From an uncultured Candidatus Saccharibacteria bacterium (GTDB lineage Bacteria > Patescibacteriota > Minisyncoccia > Phycocordibacterales > JACOZG01): a stretch of DNA of 32,059 bases. Positions 8,421 through 16,777 of the stretch are shown here, in pieces; the stretch's first letter is position 1; every line of letters begins with the position of its first letter. The position numbers and the translations under genes are program-made. Under the pieces are notes generated by a model, which saw only the letters and a program-made list of their open reading frames with translations, had not been told where the DNA came from and made no database searches. Location: contig CAZMMP010000003.1 in assembly GCA_964567425.1 (NCBI GenBank), positions 1 through 32,059 of the forward strand, in the 5' to 3' direction.

Positions 8421-9455
8421 ATGATTAAAGAAACCATCACCTTTAAGCCGAAGAAAGTGGTCAAGGATTTGCTGGCGGCCGTCCCGGAACGGGCGCAAAA
8501 AATTATCCGAATGCGCTACGGTTTGGAGAGTGGCGAACGGATGACGCTTGAGGCAATCGGCAAAATTTACCAAATTACTCGCGAACGAGTGCGCCAGATC
8601 GAGGACTTTACCATTAAGTCCATCAAGAAGGGGCAGGTGATGGCCGGGATGACGGATGTGTTTACGGAGCTCCAGGCGGCAATGGAGGAGTATGGCGGCA
8701 TTGTCCATGAGGCCGACTTTTTGGAATACCTCTCACCTAAGGATTCTGTAACGAAAAATAATATTCATTTTCTCCTCGTGCTCGGCGACGCTTTCTCTAA
8801 GCTGAAGGAGGATGAGGGGTTTCATCATCGCTGGACGGTGGATGAGGGCGTGGCTCACTCGATCCACGAGTCAATTAAAAATCTCTGCACCGAACTCTCT
8901 GAAAATGATTTGCTGACCGAACAGGAGATCGTCGACGCCTTCCTCAAAAATCTTCATGAGGATGTGGATAAAAAGGAGGCGGAAGAGCACGCTCGCCGCT
9001 GGCTCCGTCTCTCTAAGGATATCGGTCAGAGCCCGATCGGAGAGTGGGGTCTCACCAGCTCGCCGAATGTCCACGTCCGCGGTATCCGCGATTACGCCTA
9101 CCTCATCATGCGCAAACACGGTTCGCCGATGCACTTTACCGAAGTCGCGAAAGCGATCGAGACCACTTTTAAGCGCAAAGCTAACCCGGCCACCTGCCAT
9201 AACGAACTCATCAAAGACCCTCGTTTTGTCCTCGTCGGTCGAGGCATCTACGCGCTCGCGGAGTGGGGCTACGCCAAGGGCGTGGTGCGTGACGTTATCC
9301 GCGACTTAATCGAGAAGCATGGTCCGATGACCAAGGAGGAGGTGATGGAGAAGGTGCTCAAAGAGCGTTACGTTAAGGAGAACACTATCTTGGTCAACCT
9401 TAAGAATCCGAAATACTTCAAGGAGTCCAAGGAGGGCAAGTTCTCGGTAGCGTAA
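8421..9455 (+). CDS. sigma-70 region-4 HTH plus HARE-HTH domain protein (no sigma region 2)
   Basis: The N-terminal segment RMRYGLESGERMTLEAIGKIYQITRERVRQIE matches sigma-70 region 4.2. The C-terminal segment (DYAYLIMRKHGSPMHFTEVAKAIE...VLVGRGIYALAEW) resembles the HARE-HTH of the RNAP delta subunit. Confidence 0.75.
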   Translation: MIKETITFKPKKVVKDLLAAVPERAQKIIRMRYGLESGERMTLEAIGKIYQITRERVRQIEDFTIKSIKKGQVMAGMTDVFTELQAAMEEYGGIVHEADFLEYLSPKDSVTKNNIHFLLVLGDAFSKLKEDEGFHHRWTVDEGVAHSIHESIKNLCTELSENDLLTEQEIVDAFLKNLHEDVDKKEAEEHARRWLRLSKDIGQSPIGEWGLTSSPNVHVRGIRDYAYLIMRKHGSPMHFTEVAKAIETTFKRKANPATCHNELIKDPRFVLVGRGIYALAEWGYAKGVVRDVIRDLIEKHGPMTKEEVMEKVLKERYVKENTILVNLKNPKYFKESKEGKFSVA

Positions 9456-9481
9456 ATACTCTTTACGATTAAAATTTAAGA

Positions 9482-9490
9482 TGGTATATT
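9482..9490 (+). promoter_or_regulatory. extended -10-like element TGgTATATT
   Basis: Motif match only. It lies immediately upstream of the 9491-9516 hairpin and could drive the SD-bearing 9558 gene. Confidence 0.3.
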
Positions 9491-9516
9491 CAACACGGCG
9501 TGGGCCGTGTTGTTTG
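9491..9516 (+). terminator. Rho-independent terminator after the 8421..9455 gene
   Basis: A perfect 9-bp stem pairs CAACACGGC with GCCGTGTTG around the loop GTGG, followed by TTTGG. Confidence 0.65.
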
Positions 9517-9557
9517 GTCCTTAACAATTCACTGGTTTCTGTTTTTGGAGAGCAATC

Positions 9558-10319
9558 ATGGTAACAAGGAAGAGCGGATGGTCACTGGGGTTTATCTGTC
9601 TGGTGGGTATCTTCAGCACCCCTGTCCGAGCGGCGAATTCAATCAATGAGGATTTCAATTCTTCTCAAGCGTCCCCCTTGCTGAATATTCCCTTGAATTA
9701 TAATTGGGGTCCTCGAGCTTCTCCTCCAGGGAGTATCTACCGAACAACAAAAGGTCATTCCGGAAGAAATTATGTCATCACAACCGCCTCTGATTACAAT
9801 TCCGTCGATTTTCGCTACGACCTTGATTTCACTATGAACGGTCGAGATGGGATGGGGTTGTTATTTATGGGTATCGGGTCAGGGCAACCAAATTCAGCTT
9901 TCTTTCAAGAGCCAGATTATTCAGCTTATTTTCTGGTGTGGCCTTCAGAAAAAGTATTTTTTGATGTGGCGTCGGGGTGGGATTTAACTACCGGTCCGCA
10001 GGGTGCAATTCCCATCGAAACAGGATTTGGTCCAGCGCCCCGGGATGGGCAGTTAGCTCGCGCTCGAATCGAGAAAATTGGTAACGCTATCATGTTCAGT
10101 TATCAAATGGTCTATGCGGGCGGACCGTATGTCCCTGATTACACGATCTCTAAAAATATTACTTCGTTGCCCTTTCTTGACGGCACCAACAGCCATCTCT
10201 TCTTTGGTACTGACTCCGACAGCAGCACCGTGGATAATCTAACTATCACCATGTTGCCCGAGCCGGTCTCATTGAGTTTCTTTGGGCTCGTAGCAGTCTT
10301 GCTATCTCGTCGTCGTTAA
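9558..10319 (+). CDS. secreted lectin/jelly-roll-like protein with a PEP-CTERM sorting signal
   Basis: SD GGAGAG lies 5 nt upstream. Signal peptide (..FSTPVRA-AN), a concanavalin/LamG-like middle region, and a C-terminus LPEPVSLSFFGLVAVLLSRRR. Confidence 0.8.
   Translation: MVTRKSGWSLGFICLVGIFSTPVRAANSINEDFNSSQASPLLNIPLNYNWGPRASPPGSIYRTTKGHSGRNYVITTASDYNSVDFRYDLDFTMNGRDGMGLLFMGIGSGQPNSAFFQEPDYSAYFLVWPSEKVFFDVASGWDLTTGPQGAIPIETGFGPAPRDGQLARARIEKIGNAIMFSYQMVYAGGPYVPDYTISKNITSLPFLDGTNSHLFFGTDSDSSTVDNLTITMLPEPVSLSFFGLVAVLLSRRR
10257..10316 (+). other. PEP-CTERM motif (PEP, hydrophobic helix, RRR)
   Basis: PEP is encoded at 10257-10265, followed by VSLSFFGLVAVLLS and a terminal RRR directly before the stop. 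Confidence 0.75.
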
Positions 10320-10358
10320 TCCTTGCTCCACCTCTCGCTGTTCCTTTCGATAGTCTGG

Positions 10359-10394
10359 GCCTAGTTCACTGTATGCGAACTGGGCTTTTTCTTT
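10359..10394 (+). terminator. Rho-independent terminator after the PEP-CTERM gene
   Basis: GCCTAGTTC pairs with GAACTGGGC (9 bp including one G-U), with a 9-nt loop, followed by TTTTTCTTT. Confidence 0.65.
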
Positions 10395-10414
10395 CGTCTC
10401 AATTTGTTTTGTTA

Positions 10415-10420
10415 TACAAT
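10415..10420 (+). promoter_or_regulatory. -10 hexamer TACAAT, 8 nt upstream of ATG 10429
   Basis: Motif and spacing only. There is no clear -35 and no SD. Confidence 0.35.
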
Positions 10421-10428
10421 AAAGAGTA

Positions 10429-11682
10429 ATGACGGCTGTGCTGTACTCACTCTACGGTCCCATCCTTTTTAATTTTTGGCGGCTATTTGTGGCGTCGTCG
10501 GCCGTCTGGCTCCCGATCGTGCTGTGTTACTTAGCGGTGTGGCTCTGGCTCTTTCGCGCCCGCGCTCGGTATCTTAAAAACATCCAGTGGTTAACCTTGG
10601 AGATTAAGCTGCCTCAAGATGTGGCCAAGACGCCACAAGCGATGGAGCTAGCGCTTTCAGCCTTCAATTTGATGGGCCGCAAAGACCTCATCAATAAATG
10701 GATCAAGGGTGAACTGGCGCCGTGGTCGTCGCTCGAAATTGCTTCGCTCGGTGGGCAGATTCATTTTTATATTCGGATTGAGAAACGTTTTAAGAATAAG
10801 GTAGAAGCAGCGCTTTACTCGCAGTATCCCAACATCGAGATTTTTGAAGTTGAGGATTACACCAATCGAGTGCCTTATGGTTTGCCCGGCTCCGATTGGC
10901 AGTTGTGGGGATTTGAACTTAAATTTGTGAGGCCTGATGCCTATCCCATTAAGACCTATATTGATTATGGGATTGATAAACCCAGCTCGCCGGAAGAGGG
11001 AGAGAGTCGAGTGGATCCGATCACGCCGATGATTGAGTTCCTGGGTACGCTTAAGCCGGAGGAGCAGATGTGGATCCAGATTTTAATTAAAGAGACGACC
11101 GAGCGTTTCCCTAAGGCTAAAAAATGGGAAGAGATTTGGTGGAAACCGAGTGAGTGGTTTAAAAAGCAGGACTGGGTTAAGGAGGCGGAAAAAGAAATTT
11201 CAAAATTACGTAAAGAGGATAAAGAGCACGAAGGGAAATTCGTGATGCTCTCACCCGGTCAGACTGAAGTGTTGAAGTCCATCGAGCGGACGCTGGGAAA
11301 GCTTGCGTTCGATTGCGGCATCCGTGCTCTATATCTTGGACCGAAGGAGGTGTTTAGTCCTAACAACTACGGAGGTTTAGTCGGTACGCTGGTGCAATTT
11401 AATTCGCCCGCACTCAACAGCTTTAAACCGGAAAATACTACCACGGTCACCTATCCCTGGCAGGACCTCACGGGGCGCAAGCTGGCAATTAAAAAAGCGG
11501 TGATGTTTGATGCCTACCGTCGCCGGAGCTACTTTTATCCGCCGCATGTTCGCAAGCCGATGGTTCTCTCGGTGGAGGAGTTGGCGACCATTTACCACTT
11601 TCCGGGCCGGGTCGCCGCGACACCGAATTTGGAGAAAATTGAGTCGAAGCGCTCCGAGCCGCCGGTTAACCTGCCTCTCTAA
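10429..11682 (+). CDS. conserved-looking membrane protein of unknown function (417 aa)
   Basis: Two N-terminal TM helices precede a large soluble domain. The C-terminal segment reads LSVEELATIYHFPG. Its stop overlaps the mltG start (TAATG). Confidence 0.7.
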   Translation: MTAVLYSLYGPILFNFWRLFVASSAVWLPIVLCYLAVWLWLFRARARYLKNIQWLTLEIKLPQDVAKTPQAMELALSAFNLMGRKDLINKWIKGELAPWSSLEIASLGGQIHFYIRIEKRFKNKVEAALYSQYPNIEIFEVEDYTNRVPYGLPGSDWQLWGFELKFVRPDAYPIKTYIDYGIDKPSSPEEGESRVDPITPMIEFLGTLKPEEQMWIQILIKETTERFPKAKKWEEIWWKPSEWFKKQDWVKEAEKEISKLRKEDKEHEGKFVMLSPGQTEVLKSIERTLGKLAFDCGIRALYLGPKEVFSPNNYGGLVGTLVQFNSPALNSFKPENTTTVTYPWQDLTGRKLAIKKAVMFDAYRRRSYFYPPHVRKPMVLSVEELATIYHFPGRVAATPNLEKIESKRSEPPVNLPL

Positions 11683-12560
11683 TGAAATCGTCTTGGTGGT
11701 ATTTTTCCGGCCTGCTCATTTTTATTGCTCTTGTTTTGGTGATGGCTTGGGTCTCTTTGCCGCCGCGCAACTTCCCAGTCGGGCAAATAGTTGAAATTGA
11801 ATCGGGGGCCGGCCTTAATCTCGTAGCCTCGACTTTGAAGAGTCGCCACATTATTACCTCCCGCTTATTTTTTATCACTTTGATGCGCCTTGAAGGGAAG
11901 CAAACGAGCATTAAAGCAGGCCTGTATGAGTTTGAGCGGCCGCTCTCGGCACCGGTAGTTGCCACGCGCCTGGCGACAGGTAATTTCGCCGCGTTCCCCG
12001 CCAAGTTTGTGGTACCCGAGGGTTTACGGGCCTCGGAACTGGCAAAAATTATTGTCGCCGCCTTTCCTCATCTCGATCCGGCCGAGGTAGGGCCGCTCGT
12101 CGAGTCGAATCAAGGCTATCTCTTCCCCGCGACCTATGAGTTGCCGCCGCACGCTACGGCCGAACAGGTGGTCAGAGCGATGCGTCAAAACTTTGACCGC
12201 GCGATGCAGCCTCTCCAACCCGCATTTGCCGCCTCGCCCCACTCGCTCGCCGAGATTATTACGATGGCCTCGCTGGTGGAGGAGGAGGCCGCTAGCTCCA
12301 CTGATCGGAGTTTGATTGCCGGGATCTTGTGGAAGCGGCTCGCCGCCGGGCAAAAATTAGAGGTGGATGTGGCCACCAGCACCTATGCCACGACGGGTCT
12401 GCCCGCAGCTCCGATTGCTAACCCTGGGCTTGATTCCATTAAAGCGGCGCTGGCGCCGCGGTCGAGCGACTACTGGTTTTATCTCTCCGACAAGCATGGT
12501 ATTATTCACTACGCTAAAGATTATGAAGAGCATAAAAGAAACATCGCTCGCTTTTATTGA
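11682..12560 (+). CDS. mltG: endolytic murein transglycosylase MltG (YceG-like)
   Basis: N-terminal TM helix, a LysM-like segment, and the YceG catalytic region (ASLVEEEA ... LEVDVATSTYATTGLPAAPIANPGLDSIKAAL). Confidence 0.85.
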   Translation: MKSSWWYFSGLLIFIALVLVMAWVSLPPRNFPVGQIVEIESGAGLNLVASTLKSRHIITSRLFFITLMRLEGKQTSIKAGLYEFERPLSAPVVATRLATGNFAAFPAKFVVPEGLRASELAKIIVAAFPHLDPAEVGPLVESNQGYLFPATYELPPHATAEQVVRAMRQNFDRAMQPLQPAFAASPHSLAEIITMASLVEEEAASSTDRSLIAGILWKRLAAGQKLEVDVATSTYATTGLPAAPIANPGLDSIKAALAPRSSDYWFYLSDKHGIIHYAKDYEEHKRNIARFY

Positions 12561-13062
12561 TCTCGAAACGACCGGCTTTGATCCGGAGAAGCACGAGATC
12601 ATTGAGCTCGGCTGTATCGTGGTCTCCCAACCTGATTTAAAAGTGCTTGCCGAATTGGATTTAAAAATTAAACCCGAGCATATCGAGACGGCCGAGCCGG
12701 AGGCCTTGCAAGTGAACGGTTACAATAGTGGCGACTGGCTCTTTGCTGTTGATCTTGCGCAAGCGCTCAAAGCGCTCAACGAAAAGGCGGAGGGAGCGAT
12801 CATGGTCTCGCATAACATCACTTTTGACTGGCCTTTTCTCCAACATGCTTTTGCTAAAACGAAAGTGGAAAATAAGTTAGCCCGCGTTCGTCTCGACCTG
12901 CTCTCGATGGCGTTTATCAAACTCTGCCGCAACGATCGAGTCCAGCGCTTTAATTTGGGTGCGCTCGCCGAATTTTTTAACTTGAAAAACGAACAAGCCC
13001 ACACCGCCATGGCCGACATCCGCGTCAGCCTCGAAATTTACAAAAAGTTACTGACTTGTTAA
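12523..13062 (+). CDS. DEDDh 3-prime-5-prime exonuclease (DnaQ/epsilon-like), 179 aa
   Basis: Exo I is FIDLETTGFDP, Exo II is SHNITFDWPFL and Exo III is HTAMADI. The start is placed at ATG 12523, because the ORF-track start 12367 would read through mltG out of frame. It overlaps mltG by 38 nt. Confidence 0.8.
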   Translation: MKSIKETSLAFIDLETTGFDPEKHEIIELGCIVVSQPDLKVLAELDLKIKPEHIETAEPEALQVNGYNSGDWLFAVDLAQALKALNEKAEGAIMVSHNITFDWPFLQHAFAKTKVENKLARVRLDLLSMAFIKLCRNDRVQRFNLGALAEFFNLKNEQAHTAMADIRVSLEIYKKLLTC

Positions 13063-13067
13063 CCGTC

Positions 13068-14390
13068 ATGAACTACGCCGACCACTTTCACGGTAAAAAG
13101 ATCACCGTCATGGGTTTGGGGCTGCTTGGGCGGGGAGTGGGGGATATTAAATTTTTGGCTGAATGTGGCGCCAAATTGATCGTGACGGATTTGAAGACAG
13201 AGGAGCAGCTCGCTGATTCGTTAGCCCAACTCAAAGATTTTAAAAATATCGCTTATCGTTTAGGTGGTCATAATTTAGAAGATTTTAAGAATCGTGATTT
13301 TATTTTGAAAGCGGCGGGCGTACCGCTCGATTCACCCTACATCGCCGAAGCGAAGAAAAATAATATTCCGGTCGAGATGAGCACGGCGCTCTTTGCGCGA
13401 CTCTCGGGAGCCATGATCGTGGGCGTAACGGGTACGCGCGGTAAGTCCACCACGACGCATCTCATTCATCATATTTTGGAGACTAATAAAGAATGGTTGG
13501 GTGAGCGCCGTGTTTGGCTGGGCGGCAACGTGCGGGGTCTCTCAACGCTTGCCCTGTTACCCGAAGTGAAGCCAGGAGATATTGCCGTACTCGAGCTCGA
13601 CTCCTGGCAATTGCAAGGCTTTGGCGAAGCTAAACTCTCGCCGCATGTCGCGGTGTTTACTAATCTTTTGCCGGACCATCTTAATTATTATGGCGGCACC
13701 CCGCCTAATCATCGGACAGGCATGGAAAAATATTTTGCCGACAAAGCTAATATTTTTAAATTCCAGACTGAAACTGATTTTTTAATTTGCGGGACGGAAA
13801 TTGCTCCCCAAATCGAAACCAGAGGAAAAAAAATCGTGGCCGATGAGCTGCCCTCGGGTTGGGAAATCAAGCTTCCCGGTGAGCATAATCGCCGCAATGC
13901 TGCGCTAGCCCTTGAAGCGTGTCGCGTTATGGGTCTCTCGGATGAAGCGATCAGATCCGCTCTGGCCACTTTTTCGGGCGTGGCGGGACGGCTCGAATTT
14001 TTACGAGAAGTACGAGGAGTTAAAATCTATAACGACACCACTGCCACTACTCCCGATGCGACACTCGCGGCCTTACACGCGCTCGGTAAAAACATCGTTT
14101 TAATCATGGGCGGGGCCGACAAAAATTTGGAGATGAGCAAATTACTGGCCGAGATGCCGGAGTATTGTAAAGGGGTTATTTTATTGCCGGGTACTGGTAC
14201 TGACAAGCTACCTCCTCTGGCGGGCGCGCTTAAAGTTTCTAATTTAACTGAAGCGGTGGATCAGGCGATGAGCGTGGCCCAGGCGGGCGATAGTGTCGTG
14301 CTTAGTCCCGCCTTTGCCTCCTTTGGCTTGTTTAAAAATGAGTTTGATCGCGGCGATCAGTTCGTGGAGTTGGTGAAAAAGTTAGGCTAA
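13068..14390 (+). CDS. murD: UDP-N-acetylmuramoyl-L-alanine--D-glutamate ligase
   Basis: N-terminal Rossmann segment (ITVMGLGLLGRGVG...VTDLK) and Mur ligase P-loop (GVTGTRGKSTTT). ATG 13068 is preferred over the ORF-track TTG 13056. Confidence 0.92.
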   Translation: MNYADHFHGKKITVMGLGLLGRGVGDIKFLAECGAKLIVTDLKTEEQLADSLAQLKDFKNIAYRLGGHNLEDFKNRDFILKAAGVPLDSPYIAEAKKNNIPVEMSTALFARLSGAMIVGVTGTRGKSTTTHLIHHILETNKEWLGERRVWLGGNVRGLSTLALLPEVKPGDIAVLELDSWQLQGFGEAKLSPHVAVFTNLLPDHLNYYGGTPPNHRTGMEKYFADKANIFKFQTETDFLICGTEIAPQIETRGKKIVADELPSGWEIKLPGEHNRRNAALALEACRVMGLSDEAIRSALATFSGVAGRLEFLREVRGVKIYNDTTATTPDATLAALHALGKNIVLIMGGADKNLEMSKLLAEMPEYCKGVILLPGTGTDKLPPLAGALKVSNLTEAVDQAMSVAQAGDSVVLSPAFASFGLFKNEFDRGDQFVELVKKLG

Positions 14391-14393
14391 CGG

Positions 14394-14399
14394 TATACT
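14394..14399 (+). promoter_or_regulatory. -10 hexamer TATACT, 6 nt upstream of ATG 14406
   Basis: Motif and spacing only. No SD. Confidence 0.35.
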
Positions 14400-14405
14400 G
14401 GGATC

Positions 14406-15311
14406 ATGAAACTGCTGATCGGCATTGGTGTGGCAGCGCTTGTTATCATTGGGGTAGTGGTGGCGCTTGAGCAGCGTGCTCCGGCCATTACCCCACTGCC
14501 TCCGGTGAACGAAGAAGCTCCATCCGATGAATTTTCGGCCGCTGATGGCACGCGCCTGTCGTGGGAAGGAGGCGCGATTAACATTCATCGGAGCAATCTC
14601 GGCGCCCGACAAAAGTTGACGCAGACCCTGTATCTGGGCGCTGGCACTGATGCTTCCGTGGCGCTGCGATCTTCTAATCCTGACGTCACCTTGGCGTTAA
14701 CGTCACCGAGCGGGGCAGCGGTCAAACCGGAGCTCGTGGTAGCTACTGATGAACAGACGGGAGAAACGATTAAAATTTATAAAGTGCCGCCGCACCGAGA
14801 GAGTGGGGAGTGGCACGTGACGGTTACCAACCCTAATCCCGAGGCGAGCTCAACCGTCGATATTTCTACCCCCGGCGCCACGCCCCCGCTCGCGGTAATC
14901 CCCGGGACGCCGCCGGTTAATCCGCCCCCGCCGCCGGGCGGCGGGGTAGTGCTCTCCATTTCGGTCGAGGAGAGCGGCGGTCCGGGCGGCCTCACCGTTA
15001 AGACGGTGAGCGGAGCTAAAGTGACAGCGATCGTCACCGCTCCGGACGGAAAGGTGACAGAGGTGCCGCTGACGGAAGATCCCCACAATCCGGGCACGTA
15101 CACTGGTGTGTATCCAGGGCCGGTGATCCCTGGCGTTTATCATGTTGAGTATATTATTGAAGGCAAAACTTCGGACGGCCAAGACTTTACTCAAATCACG
15201 CAAAGTGATTTTGCGGTAACGGGCACGCCCGGGGCCAGCTCGACGCCGTCTCAATGGAACAAAAAATATGACATCAACCGTGGCGATGCCGTTGATATTA
15301 TCGGCTATTAA
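14406..15311 (+). CDS. membrane-anchored extracytoplasmic protein with a Pro-rich hinge and Ig-like beta-sandwich segments
   Basis: N-terminal TM helix, a PPVNPPPPPGGG tract, and beta-rich segments (VTAIVTAPDGKVTEVPLTEDPHNPGTYTGVY). RGD lies near the C-terminus. No family recognised. Confidence 0.65.
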   Translation: MKLLIGIGVAALVIIGVVVALEQRAPAITPLPPVNEEAPSDEFSAADGTRLSWEGGAINIHRSNLGARQKLTQTLYLGAGTDASVALRSSNPDVTLALTSPSGAAVKPELVVATDEQTGETIKIYKVPPHRESGEWHVTVTNPNPEASSTVDISTPGATPPLAVIPGTPPVNPPPPPGGGVVLSISVEESGGPGGLTVKTVSGAKVTAIVTAPDGKVTEVPLTEDPHNPGTYTGVYPGPVIPGVYHVEYIIEGKTSDGQDFTQITQSDFAVTGTPGASSTPSQWNKKYDINRGDAVDIIGY

Positions 15312-16587
15312 ACGAGTGCATTTTGTGGGTATCGGGGGCATTGGGGTTTCCGCTATTGCCCGGATGTTTTTAGAGGAAGGGAAAACGGTGAGCGGCTCTG
15401 ATCGAGCTCGATCGCGGATTACCGATGAGCTTGCTGCTCGGGGCGCCCAAATTTATTTTACCCACGAGGCGACGAATGTTGCTCCCGAGGTTGACTTAGT
15501 GGTCTATACCATTGCGGTACCCACCGATAACGCTGAATTGGTTGAGGCGAGACGTCGAGAGTTACCAATCATTAGTTATCCTCAATTGCTCGGTCAAATT
15601 TCGGCTACCAAGTCCACCGTGGCGGTGGCAGGGACGCACGGCAAAACCACTACCACCGGCATGCTTGCTAAAATCTTTCTTGATGCCGAGCGTGACCCGA
15701 CGGTAATTATTGGGAGTTTGCTCTTAGACCTTGAGTCTAACTTTGTGGCCGGGCAGGGGAATGATTTTATTGTTGAGGCCTGCGAATACCGCCGTTCATT
15801 TTTAAATCTTTTGCCGCGGATCGCCGTGATTACTAATATTGACGCTGATCACCTTGATTATTATCGTGATCTGGCGGAGATCCAAACTGCGTTTGCCGAG
15901 TTTGCCGCTAAGATTCCAGCGGACGGTTTTTTAATTTGCGACCCAGCGCATCCGAACCTTACTCCCGTTCTCGCCGGACTCAACTGCCAGATTATTGATT
16001 ATACGAAAGAGAGTTTAGAGGGTTTGACGCTCCAAATGCCAGGTCAGCACAATCGCCAAAATGCGCAAGCGGCGCTCGCTGCCGCTCGCGCCGCCGGTCT
16101 CGACGGAGACCAAGCGCGCCAGAGTCTTGCCACGTTTCGCGGTACCTGGCGCCGCTTCGAGCTCAAGGGAACTCTTGCTTCCGGCGCTCTTTTGTATGAC
16201 GACTACGCTCACCATCCCAGCGAAATTGTCGCCACGCTCCAGGGCGCCCGGGAGCGTTTCCCCGGCAAAAAACTCCTTGTTATTTTTCAACCACATCTCT
16301 ATAGCCGGACCCGGGAGCATTTGGCCGAATTTGCCGCCGTGTTGGCAACGGCCGACGAGGTCTGGCTACTCCCGATTTATGCCGCGCGGGAAGTGCCAGA
16401 TTCAGCCATTTCTTCCGAGCGCTTGGCTCAAGCGATTAACGATCAAGCGGCGGGGCGAGCCGCGGTGTACCCCGATTTTTCGCAGCTGGCCGAGGCGCTT
16501 CTGGCCCGCAGGGTAGGGGAGGAGACGGTGGTAATCAGCATGGGGGCGGGGGATATTTCCGAATTGCCGGCACTTTTGTTACACTAG
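15268..16587 (+). CDS. murC: UDP-N-acetylmuramate--L-alanine ligase
   Basis: Contains HFVGIGGIGVSAIARMF and the P-loop AGTHGKTTTT. The start is ambiguous (ATG 15268 or 15286), and both overlap the upstream gene. Confidence 0.92.
   Translation: MTSTVAMPLILSAIKRVHFVGIGGIGVSAIARMFLEEGKTVSGSDRARSRITDELAARGAQIYFTHEATNVAPEVDLVVYTIAVPTDNAELVEARRRELPIISYPQLLGQISATKSTVAVAGTHGKTTTTGMLAKIFLDAERDPTVIIGSLLLDLESNFVAGQGNDFIVEACEYRRSFLNLLPRIAVITNIDADHLDYYRDLAEIQTAFAEFAAKIPADGFLICDPAHPNLTPVLAGLNCQIIDYTKESLEGLTLQMPGQHNRQNAQAALAAARAAGLDGDQARQSLATFRGTWRRFELKGTLASGALLYDDYAHHPSEIVATLQGARERFPGKKLLVIFQPHLYSRTREHLAEFAAVLATADEVWLLPIYAAREVPDSAISSERLAQAINDQAAGRAAVYPDFSQLAEALLARRVGEETVVISMGAGDISELPALLLH
16577..16585 (+). 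promoter_or_regulatory. extended -10-like element TGtTACACT, 6 nt upstream of ATG 16592
   Basis: Motif and spacing only. It lies inside the murC 3-prime end. Confidence 0.3.
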
Positions 16588-16591
16588 CCCC

Positions 16592-16777
16592 ATGATCAAC
16601 AAAGAAGCCAAAAATTGGAACAATTTTTTTCTGGGACTGCTCGTCGCTATCATTCCCTTTATTGGTATCCCGCTTAGTGCTAAAAAAATTACCCTTCTCA
16701 TTATTGGTTTACTGATTGCGCTCTTCTCGCTGGCCCGGCTCGACCGATCTAAACGAGGGCATGAATCGGTGGCTTAA
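16592..16777 (+). CDS. small two-helix membrane protein (61 aa)
   Basis: Two hydrophobic helices (FFLGLLVAIIPFIGIPL and LLIIGLLIALFSLA). Confidence 0.45.
   Translation: MINKEAKNWNNFFLGLLVAIIPFIGIPLSAKKITLLIIGLLIALFSLARLDRSKRGHESVA

Noticed and set aside
12367-12522. N-terminal extension of the exonuclease ORF as listed in the track (start 12367).
   Set aside because: The extension lies wholly within the mltG coding sequence in another frame and encodes an R/P/L-rich peptide. The Exo I motif begins about 12 residues after ATG 12523.
14850-15341. Minus-strand 163-aa ORF opposite the 14406..15311 gene.
   Set aside because: Its translation is Arg/Gly-rich, typical of the antisense of a GC-rich Pro/Gly coding region. 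The plus-strand ORF has a TM anchor and fits the operon.
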